Shown piece by piece: positions 1 through 9,681 of a stretch of 64,000 nucleotides of DNA. The stretch covers positions 8,158 through 72,157 of the forward strand of contig CALSNL010000004.1 of NCBI GenBank assembly GCA_943787705.1, read 5' to 3'. The first letter of the stretch is position 1. The number at the start of each line of letters is the position of its first letter. A model generated the notes under the pieces. The model was not told the origin of the DNA, ran no database searches, and saw only the letters and a program-made list of their open reading frames with translations. This DNA comes from an uncultured Pseudomonadales bacterium. GTDB taxonomy: Bacteria > Pseudomonadota > Gammaproteobacteria > Pseudomonadales > UBA7434. The translations under genes and the position numbers were made by a program.

Positions 1-192
1 TTAGAGACCGAAATGGTAGTCTGTGATAGAAAAGGATTTTCGCATAGAAGATGCCCTTAATAACGATCGATTAAAAACACTTATAAAAAAATCGACATAA
101 GAACAGTATTAACGTGAATGACTTAATCTATTGATCAAATCATCATATGATATGTAATCAAACTTTATCAACGAATCATCGACAAAAATAAA

Positions 193-2109
193 ATGATATC
201 TTATAAAAAAATAATGGCTTCGATAGTTAATCAATGTATTGTTTACTCAGTAATATCATTGATATTTATCTCAACGGCCTTTGCCCTCGATGCAAAGATT
301 GAGAAGCCTAATATCCTATGGATTGTGAGTGAAGATAATAGTCCTTTAATCGGAGCCTATGGTGATAGCTTCGCTACAACGCCTAATATCGATAAGCTCG
401 CTAAGCAATCCATCGTTTACGATAATGCCTTTGCTAACTCTCCTGTTTGCGCTCCCACTCGTTTTTCAATTATTACGGGGATGCATGCGAATGCTATGGG
501 CACCGGTAATATGCGTAGCCGGAATAAAATTCCAGCATTCGTTAAAACCTATACTCACTATTTACGAGCGGCGAATTACCACGTTACCAATAATAGTAAA
601 ACCGATTACAACTTCGCTACTGCAGACATACCCGATGGTAAACTGCTTAAGCATAAAGAGTGGCAAGCGATTGATAGCCAGCTCTGGAATAAAGGCAGTT
701 ACGCAGACCGCCAAGAGGGTCAGCCTTTTTTTCATGTCTACAATATATCTGAATCTCATGAAAGCCGCTTGCATAGAAAGCTCAAAAAACGCCTGCACCG
801 CCCTGAAGATGTCACCCTACCGCCCTACCACCCTGATACTTTAGAAATACGCAGTGATTGGGCATTATATTATGATCGTATAACACAAATGGATAGCATC
901 GTCGGTAATAAGCTGACTGAATTAGAAGCGGCTGGAGAACTTGAAAATACCATAGTATTTTATTATTCCGATCATGGTGGTGCGCTCGCGAGAAGTAAAC
1001 GATTCTTGTATGACACGGGCACCAAAATCCCCTTTATGGTCCATGCACCAAAAAAATATCAACACTTATTGAATCATGAAATGAGCAGTCGAACAGATCA
1101 GCTTATTGATATTGTTGATTTAGCGCCTACATTACTTTATTTGGCCGGCATCAAAAAACCTGCTCATATGCATGGCGAAAATATTTTTAGCAGCGCTGAC
1201 AATAACCGTAAACAATATAACTATTTGTATCGTGGCCGTATGGATGCACGCATAGATTTAGTGCGCGCATTGCGTAATGAGAAATTCAAATATATTCGTA
1301 ACTATATGCCGCATCGTCCTAATGGACAGCATTTAAGTTATTTATGGAAAGCTGCATCCGTACGCTCATGGCAGCAAGCCTGCCAACAGAATCAATGCAA
1401 TGAAACCCAGCAACGCTTCTGGCAAGCGCGTCCTAGCGAAGAATTATATGATACGAGCGTTGACCCCTGGGAAGTGAACAATTTAGCGAATGACGGCACT
1501 TACAGCGCTGTGTTATCTGAAATGCGCAAGGCATTGCAAGCAAAAAATCGACAGTACAAAGATATAGGTTTTATACCCGAAGGAGAGCTCGCTAAACGGA
1601 CTAAAAACAAAACCGGCTATGAACTCGTTAGAGAAGATAACTTTCCTATCGATTTAATTATTGAAACAGCAGAAATTGCCAGTTTAGCGAAACCAAAAAA
1701 TCTACCTTTACTCACCCAGCGACTATCGCACCAAGAACCCATTGTTAGATACTGGGCAGCGATGGGATGCACTATTTTAAAAGAACAGGCTATGCCGGCA
1801 AAGCTTGAACTCTTACAACGACTTCGCGATGACTCGGCAGATGTGCAAATTGCCGCCGCAGAAGCGCTTGTCCATATAGGTAATGAGCAGCAAGCCCTAG
1901 CAATCCTGATGAAACAACTCACTCACCCCACAGCCATGGTGAGAATTCATGCGGCCAATGCACTCGACGCTATAGGCATCAAAGCTAAACCTGTAGCTAA
2001 AAAACTCAAAACGATAGTTACTGCAATGCAGGCGTTAAAAACGAAAGAACTATCACCTGAAGAGAAATATTTGCTTTCAGCATTATCACATACTGTTTCA
2101 AAACTATGA
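193..2109 (+). CDS. Secreted Cys-type sulfatase (arylsulfatase family) with a C-terminal HEAT-like repeat region
   Basis: 638-aa ORF with a hydrophobic N-terminal signal-like segment. Sulfatase signature SPVCAPTRFSIITG (C-x-P-x-R formylglycine motif) and YYSDHGG. The C-terminal ~150 aa carries repeated helical motifs (PIVRYWAAMGC, VQIAAAEALVHIG, AMVRIHAANALDAIG). Confidence 0.8.
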   Translation: MISYKKIMASIVNQCIVYSVISLIFISTAFALDAKIEKPNILWIVSEDNSPLIGAYGDSFATTPNIDKLAKQSIVYDNAFANSPVCAPTRFSIITGMHANAMGTGNMRSRNKIPAFVKTYTHYLRAANYHVTNNSKTDYNFATADIPDGKLLKHKEWQAIDSQLWNKGSYADRQEGQPFFHVYNISESHESRLHRKLKKRLHRPEDVTLPPYHPDTLEIRSDWALYYDRITQMDSIVGNKLTELEAAGELENTIVFYYSDHGGALARSKRFLYDTGTKIPFMVHAPKKYQHLLNHEMSSRTDQLIDIVDLAPTLLYLAGIKKPAHMHGENIFSSADNNRKQYNYLYRGRMDARIDLVRALRNEKFKYIRNYMPHRPNGQHLSYLWKAASVRSWQQACQQNQCNETQQRFWQARPSEELYDTSVDPWEVNNLANDGTYSAVLSEMRKALQAKNRQYKDIGFIPEGELAKRTKNKTGYELVREDNFPIDLIIETAEIASLAKPKNLPLLTQRLSHQEPIVRYWAAMGCTILKEQAMPAKLELLQRLRDDSADVQIAAAEALVHIGNEQQALAILMKQLTHPTAMVRIHAANALDAIGIKAKPVAKKLKTIVTAMQALKTKELSPEEKYLLSALSHTVSKL

Positions 2110-2345
2110 TTTTCATATATTTAACAACAAGTATGCCGCACTGATTACAATGAAATTATTCATATAAATCATAAGCTTATAAAAAAACGTTATGCCAATT
2201 ATGCGGCCAATTAGCTTACACGTTAATACTTGTTTATTGATTGTTCGGCTGATACGATTAATCTAATAATTATAAAACGTAAAACCGTTCTCCCCCGAAT
2301 GGCTTTATTTGTTACTAGAAAGTAAATCACACCCTGGAGAAAAAG

Positions 2346-3160
2346 ATGTATTCCATCTTTAAGCACTTGCGTACCTGCGCGTTTGTTTCATTATCTTGCT
2401 TATCGCAGCAAGCCTCAGCTATTTATATTGATCTTAATTTCAGCGGCACACTGTCTAATTCCCAAAAAGCGCTTTTCACTCAGGCTGAACAATTCTGGGA
2501 AACTACGCTTACCGGCTATCAACCTAGCGTCAATGCCAGCTCGCTAAGCAATATCGTTATTAACGCTGAAGGGACAGCAATCGATGGCGTCGGCGGCACA
2601 CTTGGCTCTGCTGGACCAACCTATATATGGACTACCGGCGGCTATACGCTCACCTCTGAAGGCGATATGCGAGTTCGATACTGCTGACCTCTCTAACTTA
2701 GAAAGCAACGGCTCACTCGAAAGCGTGATTCTGCATGAAATGGCCCATGTATTAGGCTTAGGCACACTTTGGCAACTGAATGGCGTGTATACAGCCGGCA
2801 GTGGTCAATACACGGGTGCCAATGCTCTAAGCCTATGGCAAACTGAATTTGGCCAAACCAATGCTACGTATATTCCCTATCGAATTGGGTGGCGGACCGG
2901 GCACTGCAGGTGGTCACTGGAATGAAGTTAACAATGGCGGCGCTTTAACGGGTATCACTGATGCAAATAATAATGATCTAACTTACGAATTAATGACTGG
3001 CTGGCTAAACTCACCCACATTCATTAGTAACATGACGATAGCGTCTTTTGCCGACATCGGTTATGAAGTCGTATATTCTGAAGTCCCTATTCCTGCAGCG
3101 GCTTATTTGTTTTTATCTGCCTTAACGGGATTGGGTTACATTAAACGTAAACAACACTAA
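2346..3160 (+). pseudogene. Leishmanolysin-like HExxH zinc metalloprotease with a PEP-CTERM-like C-terminal sorting tail, split over three frames
   Basis: Three overlapping ORFs (2346-2687, 2584-2925, 2849-3160) read as one protein. It has a signal peptide (..SCLSQQASA), IDGVGGTLGSAGP, VILHEMAHVLGLGTLW, GGGPGTAGGHWNE, and the tail VPIPAAAYLFLSALTGLGYIKRKQH. At least two frame changes are needed, near 2670-2690 and 2870-2900. Confidence 0.6.
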
Positions 3161-5410
3161 CGTATGGCATCAATAACAATACTTGGCGTAAGTATTTGCG
3201 GCAGCACTACTGCCGTTTTACCAGGTGCATAATAAACATATAACGGCACGCCGTTACGAGAAAAAGTAGCTAGATACTCGGTAATTACCGGATCGCTATT
3301 AGTCCAATCGCCTTTTAAATAGGTAATGGACTGCGCTGCAAAAGCGTTCTTCACTTTATTCGTTCCTAATGCAATTCGCTCATTGACCTTACAAGTAATA
3401 CACCAGTCGGCCGTCATATTAACAAACACCGCTTCGCCATTATCTAACGCTTGTTGTAAGCGCTCTGGCGTGTATTCCTGCGCGTCACTTTCTACCGTTG
3501 CAGTATCAGTTAAGACGATATCATTACGCTCTACACTCGCCGCATACAGTGCCAGTATAATTGCAGCCACTAAAATAAACGCAGCAACAGCACGACTCAT
3601 AAAAGCATCATCACGGAATTGAGTTTGTCGCCAAATCCAAAGTGCCAGCGCCACTAATACCAGCCCCACTAACATTAAGGCAACTGCATCACCGCCCGTC
3701 TGACGCGAGAACACCCAGAGCAACCAAATAACGGTGAGGTAAATAGGAAAGGCCAAAAACTCTTTTAACCGCACCATCCAATTTCCCGGCTTAGGCAAGG
3801 CGTTAGCTAAGAACGGTATAAAGGCGATAAGCAAAAACGGCAAGGCTAAACCTAAGCCCATAGCGGCAAAAATCAGTAACGCAACGACTGCCGATTGACC
3901 CAGCGCAAAGCCCATTGCCGTTCCCATAAACGGTGCCGTACAAGGTGTAGCAACCACAGTGGCTAATACCCCAGTAAAAAATGAACCGCGCCAATCACTG
4001 CTTGAACGTTCTTTATTGCCCAGCCCTGAACCTAAGTTTTGCAGTGATGAGCCTAATTCAATAAAGCCCGATAACGATAAACCTAAGACAAATAATAGAT
4101 ACACTAAAAACGCGATAAACCAAGGCGATTGAAGTTGAAATCCCCAGCCAATTTGTTCTCCCGCAAATCGCAGAGCAATCAGTAAACCTGCAATGAATAA
4201 GAAACTTAAAATAACACCGGCAGTATAAGCAATACCATGCCGTCTTCGCTCTGTTGAATTATGATTACCGCTTTCAACTAAACTCACAATTTTTAATGAC
4301 AGCACAGGAAAAACACAAGGCATGGCATTAAGTATTAACCCGCCTGCTACAGCTAATAAAAGCGCATATAAAATACTAATAGGCGCTGCTGAGGTGTCGA
4401 CTGAAGGTGAATCAGATGAGCTTGCTGCAGTAGTTTCTTTGCGTCATTCAATAAGCGAGTTATTAGTACTCGCAAGTACTGCTTTTTTGCGTGCAGTAAA
4501 TTCGATAGCCTGAGCCTGACCCCTCTTCTGCCGCTGCCGTTACTAATAAAACAGACAGTAACTCCGGCGCCTCTTCTAAGTAGTAATCTTTTTTGGCAGA
4601 TATATGCAGTTGATCGTTAATTATTTTAATAGTTGGCTTATCAAAATTATCAACAATACCGGCACTACCAATAAACACTTGCGGTAGGCGCTCAAACGCT
4701 GGCAACTCATTTAATGCAACCGCAATATCTACCTGCTCACCCACAGCATAAGCAGCGTTATTGGTATAAATTAAACGAGGGATTTTACTGCGGGCTTCTT
4801 CAAATAATGGATGGCTCGTGGTCTCTTGAATGTTATCCAGCTTTCGATCTCGCAAAGGTAAGACTACTGTCAGTTCAGCTTTTCCAGGAATACAGACATC
4901 TTTGCAAATTAACCATTTTGCCGTTGCTGATAATGCTATCTCACCCTGGCTATTAATAGCGCCAGAAGAAATAGAAGCTGGTACAGAGATAGAGACCGGC
5001 AACCAAGTTTCACCGTGATAACCAAAATTGACCGCTCCTTGATAATCAATCCGTTCAGGCACTGGCCACTCTAAATTCCCTGCCCTAAATTGCTCAGGCA
5101 ACTGCCAAATAACGCGTGTGGGTAAACCCGTATCGCCAGGATTTCTCCAATAAGTGTGCCAGCCTTCATCAGGCAATAATCTTAGTGCTAATTGCGCAGT
5201 CTCACCAGCAACAAGGTAGCCCTGCTCACTCACTAAGCCGACCTTTATATGTGCTGCTGCTTTCTGCTCACCAAACACCGGCGAGCTTGCCAATACCGGC
5301 TTTGAGGCTATGGAAAGCATCATGCAAAATACGACAAACGCAGCTATCAAGCTGCGCTGTGGCGATAATAAGACCTTAACGGTCAAAAGGGCTTGCAACA
5401 TAGTCGACAC
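3157..5410 (-). pseudogene. dsbD: DsbD/ScsB-type thiol:disulfide interchange protein, interrupted between the N-terminal domain and the membrane core
   Basis: ORF 4463-5410 gives the signal peptide and the long periplasmic DsbD N-terminal-type domain (WHTYWRNPGDTGLPT). ORF 3157-4323 gives the membrane core (..LILNAMPCVFPVLSLK) and the C-terminal thioredoxin domain (WCITCK). Joining them needs a frame change around 4470-4530 and read-through of an in-frame TGA at 4444-4446. Confidence 0.55.
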
Positions 5411-5879
5411 TCAAAAATGAAGGTAATGGTTCATGGTAAAGAGATTATCAAATACTAAGTTAATTCAGTACTTTGGGCTGTGAGTTTGATTCAATTTGGC
5501 ATAAATGACCAACTTTGATGGCTTTCTAATAAGCAAAAGCACCATTCAAGAAGCCAAAAATGGCACCAAAAGCAAAACGGTTACATATTAACCACTCTTA
5601 TATTTGAATGCGCACTTGATTTTACCCTACTACGCCCCAATATTTAGCATAGATAACGGTGAAGTATTTCTTACGATACACACCGCAAAACAGATCGTTA
5701 CCAACCACCACTTCAACGATCTTTTTCGGCAAAATGTTAGCGCAATTATCATTATTAGCGTTGCGTTTGCAGGGGTATTGAGTATGATATTACCGTATTA
5801 GCGCAGCTTGTAAATGAGCACGCAAAACCGTTTTATATTTTCACTAGATTGAATAGACCAACACTTAGGAGTATTCACC

Positions 5880-6548
5880 ATGCAGGATAAACTTTTTAGC
5901 ACACAGGCCGCCGGTTCGCGTTCTGTTTTAGAAACCAATAAGGTACTTCGCAATACCTATATGCTGCTTTCAATCACGTTAATGTTTAGCGCTATCGCTG
6001 CGGCATCAACCATGGCAATGGGCATTGGTCGCGGCACATCACTAATGATGTCATTAGGCGCCTTAGGTTTAATCTTCTTCGCCCTACCCCGCACACAAAA
6101 TTCAGCGTCAGGTATTTGGGTTGTTTTTGCCTTTACCGGCCTTATCGGTGGTTCACTAGGCCCAATGCTTAATCACTATATGGCTATGGCCAACGGTGGC
6201 TCATTAATTATGCAAGCCTTAGGCGGCACAGCATTAGTGTTCTTTGGCCTATCAGGCTACGTGCTTACCACTAAGAAAGACTTCTCATTTATGGGTGGCT
6301 TTTTAATGGTCGGCTTGCTGGTTGCGATTGTCGGAATGATTGCAAATATCTTTCTACAGATTCCAGCCATGTCACTGGCTATCTCGGCAGGTATCGTATT
6401 GGTGATGTCTGGCTTCATTTTGTTTGATACTAGCCGTATTATTAACGGCGGCGAAACTAACTATATTCGCGCTACTGTTTCATTGTATTTAAACATCGTT
6501 AATTTATTCACTTCTATATTGCACCTTTTGGGCGCTATGGATGATTAA
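5880..6548 (+). CDS. yccA: BAX inhibitor-1/YccA family inner-membrane protein (copy 1)
   Basis: 222-aa multi-pass membrane ORF. It is clearly similar to E. coli YccA as I remember it (KVLRNTY.., LGGTALVFF, GGETNYIRATVSLY). GGAG sits 9 nt upstream of the ATG. Confidence 0.85.
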   Translation: MQDKLFSTQAAGSRSVLETNKVLRNTYMLLSITLMFSAIAAASTMAMGIGRGTSLMMSLGALGLIFFALPRTQNSASGIWVVFAFTGLIGGSLGPMLNHYMAMANGGSLIMQALGGTALVFFGLSGYVLTTKKDFSFMGGFLMVGLLVAIVGMIANIFLQIPAMSLAISAGIVLVMSGFILFDTSRIINGGETNYIRATVSLYLNIVNLFTSILHLLGAMDD

Positions 6549-6589
6549 GCAATAATTAAATCAGTCCTTTTTATAGACTGATATTAGAA

Positions 6590-6616
6590 AGCCCTGCTCT
6601 TGCGGGGCTTTTTTTT
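6590..6616 (+). terminator. Rho-independent terminator after yccA (copy 1)
   Basis: AGCCCTGC-TCTT-GCGGGGCT stem-loop followed by T8. Confidence 0.8.
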
Positions 6617-6697
6617 GGCTAAAATACCTTGAGAAAATAATGCAATACGGATGCTTTAACGCATAATAGCCTGAAATCTAGAAAGTAATTGGAGCTT

Positions 6698-7690
6698 ATG
6701 AGTAATACTAACGAACATGCTTTCGCGCAATTTATTCGTACTATCGGCAAAGGGAAAACCGGCCGACGCTCACTGACGCTGCAAGAAGCGCAAACAGCGA
6801 TGCAAATGATTTTGGCTAATGACGTTGAGCCACTTCAACTTGGCGCGTTTTTAATGGTATTACGAGTAAAAGAAGAATCGGCCGAAGAAATTGCTGGCTT
6901 TGTTCTCGCCTGTAGAGAATATATTAATAAAGATAAACCGGTGATGATAAAGCCAGATTTAGACTGGTCTTCTTATGCTGGCAAAAAACGGCAGCCGCCG
7001 TGGTTTTTATTATCGGCCCTACTGCTCGCTCAATCCGGCTATCGCGTATTTATGCACGGTGCCAGTGGCCATACACCAAACCGCCTTTATAGCGAAGAAG
7101 TGCTTAAGCAGCTTGGTATTAGCACTGCCACTAATTGGCAGCAATGCGAGCAACAGCTTAACGCTCATAACTTTAGTTTTATGCCTATTAAAAGCCTCTG
7201 TAAGCCCCTGCATGACATTATTGAGCTGCGTCCATTATTGGGTTTGCGCTCACCCGTGCATACGCTGACAAGGTTGTTAAACCCGCTGGAGTCAGACACC
7301 ACCTTACAAAGTGTTTTCCACCCTTCATACACCGATACTCATCATCATGCTGCACAACTGCTTATGCAAAAAAATGCTGCAGTATTTAAAGGTGAAGGTG
7401 GCGAAGTGGAATATCGACCGCAGGCCGACATTACGATTAAAGGCTTATCTAACGGTGAGAGTGAGCTCTATACAATTCCGCGCCAAGCTGAAGCACCTGA
7501 CGAAACCGATGTTAGCAGTCAACTATTGTTAAATTTATGGCAGGAAACGAAGTGTGATAGCCATGGATTAAAAGCCGTATTAGGCACTGCCGCTATTGCG
7601 TTAAAAACCATGGGAGTAGAAAAAAATATATCGCAAGCCCAGCAATTGGCTCAGCAACTGTGGGACAAGCGAAAAGAATCGTTAGTTTAA
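6698..7690 (+). CDS. ybiB: TrpD2/YbiB-like glycosyltransferase family 3 (anthranilate phosphoribosyltransferase-like) protein (copy 1)
   Basis: ~330-aa ORF. The N-terminus FIRTIGKGKTGRRSLTLQEA..LGAFLMVLRVKEES resembles E. coli YbiB (from memory). ATG at 6698 follows GGAG; the ORF track starts at the upstream TTG at 6689. Confidence 0.65.
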   Translation: MSNTNEHAFAQFIRTIGKGKTGRRSLTLQEAQTAMQMILANDVEPLQLGAFLMVLRVKEESAEEIAGFVLACREYINKDKPVMIKPDLDWSSYAGKKRQPPWFLLSALLLAQSGYRVFMHGASGHTPNRLYSEEVLKQLGISTATNWQQCEQQLNAHNFSFMPIKSLCKPLHDIIELRPLLGLRSPVHTLTRLLNPLESDTTLQSVFHPSYTDTHHHAAQLLMQKNAAVFKGEGGEVEYRPQADITIKGLSNGESELYTIPRQAEAPDETDVSSQLLLNLWQETKCDSHGLKAVLGTAAIALKTMGVEKNISQAQQLAQQLWDKRKESLV

Positions 7691-8605
7691 TTAAGCGTCG
7701 TCATAACCATTGGGATTAGCTGACTGCCATCGCCAACCATCCGCTGTCATCTCTTCAATACCCAACTCGGCTTGCCAGTTCAGCTCAGCTTTTGCTAGTG
7801 AAGCATCGGCATAGCAAATAGCCGCATCACCAGGGCGTCGGTCCACCAGCTTGTAAGGAATCTCACAACTTGAAGCTTTTTCAAACGCTTTAACCATATC
7901 CAATACTGAATACCCAATACCGGTACCGAGGTTATATGGAACGATGCCAGGAGCACTTTTTAGTTTTTCAAGTGCACATAAATGGCCTTTGGCTAAATCC
8001 ACAACATGAATATAATCACGAACACCGGTGCCATCATGCGTTGGATAATCACTCCCGTAAACGGAGAGCGCTGCTAATTTTTTTACTGCGACTTGCGCAA
8101 CATAGGGCATTAAATTATTGGGAATATCTTTAGGATCTTCGCCTATCAAGCCGCTACTGTGTGCGCCAGCAGGATTAAAATAGCGCAATAAAATGGCATT
8201 CCAGCGCGAATCGGATGCGCCTAAATCACGCAGCATCTCTTCAATAAATAATTTACTTCGACCGTAGGGGTTAACTGCTGATAATGGAAAGCTCTCGGTA
8301 ATCGGCACACTCGCCGGCTCACCATAAACGGTTGCCGATGAGCTAAAAACTAAATTGTATAAATCGTGACGCTGCATGGTTTCAAGTAATACCTGAGTAC
8401 CATAAATATTATTATCATAATATTTGAGTGGCTGCGCTACCGATTCACCCACCGCTTTTAAACCCGCAAAATGAATAACTGCTGAAAAAGTATGTTCAGC
8501 AAATACCGCTTCCATTTTATCTCGATCACGAATATCGATAGGGTAAAGCGTAATGCTTTTTTGAGTGATCGACTCTACACGCTTAAGCGCCTCGGTATTG
8601 CTATT
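7691..8605 (-). pseudogene. galE: 5'-truncated duplicate of galE (lacks codons 1-35, including the GxxGxxG NAD-binding motif)
   Basis: Protein-identical to residues 36-339 of the full galE at 10675-11694. A TAA at 8606-8608 lies immediately upstream in frame. The first in-frame ATG is at 8515 (residue 66 of the full protein). Confidence 0.85.
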
Positions 8606-8863
8606 TTACCCTACTACGCCCCAATATTTAGCATAGATAACGGTGAAGTATTTCTTACGATACACACCGCAAAACAGATCGTTACCAACCACCACTTCAA
8701 CGATCTTTTTCGGCAAAATGTTAGCGCAATTATCATTATTAGCGTTGCGTTTGCAGGGGTATTGAGTATGATATTACCGTATTAGCGCAGCTTGTAAATG
8801 AGCACGCAAAACCGTTTTATATTTTCACTAGATTGAATAGACCAACACTTAGGAGTATTCACC

Positions 8864-9532
8864 ATGCAGGATAAACTTTTTAGCACACAGGCCGCCGGTT
8901 CGCGTTCTGTTTTAGAAACCAATAAGGTACTTCGCAATACCTATATGCTGCTTTCAATCACGTTAATGTTTAGCGCTATCGCTGCGGCATCAACCATGGC
9001 AATGGGCATTGGTCGCGGCACATCACTAATGATGTCATTAGGCGCCTTAGGTTTAATCTTCTTCGCCCTACCCCGCACACAAAATTCAGCGTCAGGTATT
9101 TGGGTTGTTTTTGCCTTTACCGGCCTTATCGGTGGTTCACTAGGCCCAATGCTTAATCACTATATGGCTATGGCCAACGGTGGCTCATTAATTATGCAAG
9201 CCTTAGGCGGCACAGCATTAGTGTTCTTTGGCCTATCAGGCTACGTGCTTACCACTAAGAAAGACTTCTCATTTATGGGTGGCTTTTTAATGGTCGGCTT
9301 GCTGGTTGCGATTGTCGGAATGATTGCAAATATCTTTCTACAGATTCCAGCCATGTCACTGGCTATCTCGGCAGGTATCGTATTGGTGATGTCTGGCTTC
9401 ATTTTGTTTGATACTAGCCGTATTATTAACGGCGGCGAAACTAACTATATTCGCGCTACTGTTTCATTGTATTTAAACATCGTTAATTTATTCACTTCTA
9501 TATTGCACCTTTTGGGCGCTATGGATGATTAA
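8864..9532 (+). CDS. yccA: BAX inhibitor-1/YccA family inner-membrane protein (copy 2)
   Basis: Nucleotide-identical to 5880-6548, and it keeps the same 258 bp of upstream sequence. Confidence 0.85.
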   Translation: MQDKLFSTQAAGSRSVLETNKVLRNTYMLLSITLMFSAIAAASTMAMGIGRGTSLMMSLGALGLIFFALPRTQNSASGIWVVFAFTGLIGGSLGPMLNHYMAMANGGSLIMQALGGTALVFFGLSGYVLTTKKDFSFMGGFLMVGLLVAIVGMIANIFLQIPAMSLAISAGIVLVMSGFILFDTSRIINGGETNYIRATVSLYLNIVNLFTSILHLLGAMDD

Positions 9533-9573
9533 GCAATAATTAAATCAGTCCTTTTTATAGACTGATATTAGAA

Positions 9574-9600
9574 AGCCCTGCTCTTGCGGGGCTTTTTTTT
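9574..9600 (+). terminator. Rho-independent terminator after yccA (copy 2)
   Basis: Identical to 6590-6616. Confidence 0.8.
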
Positions 9601-9681
9601 GGCTAAAATACCTTGAGAAAATAATGCAATACGGATGCTTTAACGCATAATAGCCTGAAATCTAGAAAGTAATTGGAGCTT

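Larger units (their letters stand above)
5622..8605. repeat. Tandem duplication, copy 1 (2,984-bp unit)
   Basis: Every base I compared matches position +2984, apart from 5 substitutions (6706, 7979, 8033, 8039, 8195). The unit runs from the dsbD-yccA intergenic region to codon 36 of galE. A 3-bp ATT microhomology makes the boundary ambiguous (5619-5621 / 8603-8605 / 11587-11589). Confidence 0.95.

Noticed and set aside
1-45. Tiny minus-strand ORF (MRKSFSITDYHFGL) at the window edge.
   Set aside because: It is 14 codons long with no supporting signal, and the window edge prevents any assessment of context.
4444-4446. In-frame TGA in the dsbD-like linker considered as selenocysteine or programmed read-through.
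   Set aside because: It lies in a non-conserved Ser/Thr-rich linker rather than a redox motif. No SECIS-like hairpin follows, and a separate frame change is also needed, so an error or a mutation is more plausible.
5604-5801. 65-aa ORF (and its 97-aa counterpart at 8492-8785) in the yccA upstream region.
   Set aside because: No RBS or recognisable motif. The second copy differs only because it fuses to antisense galE sequence across the duplication junction. More likely it is non-coding leader/promoter DNA.
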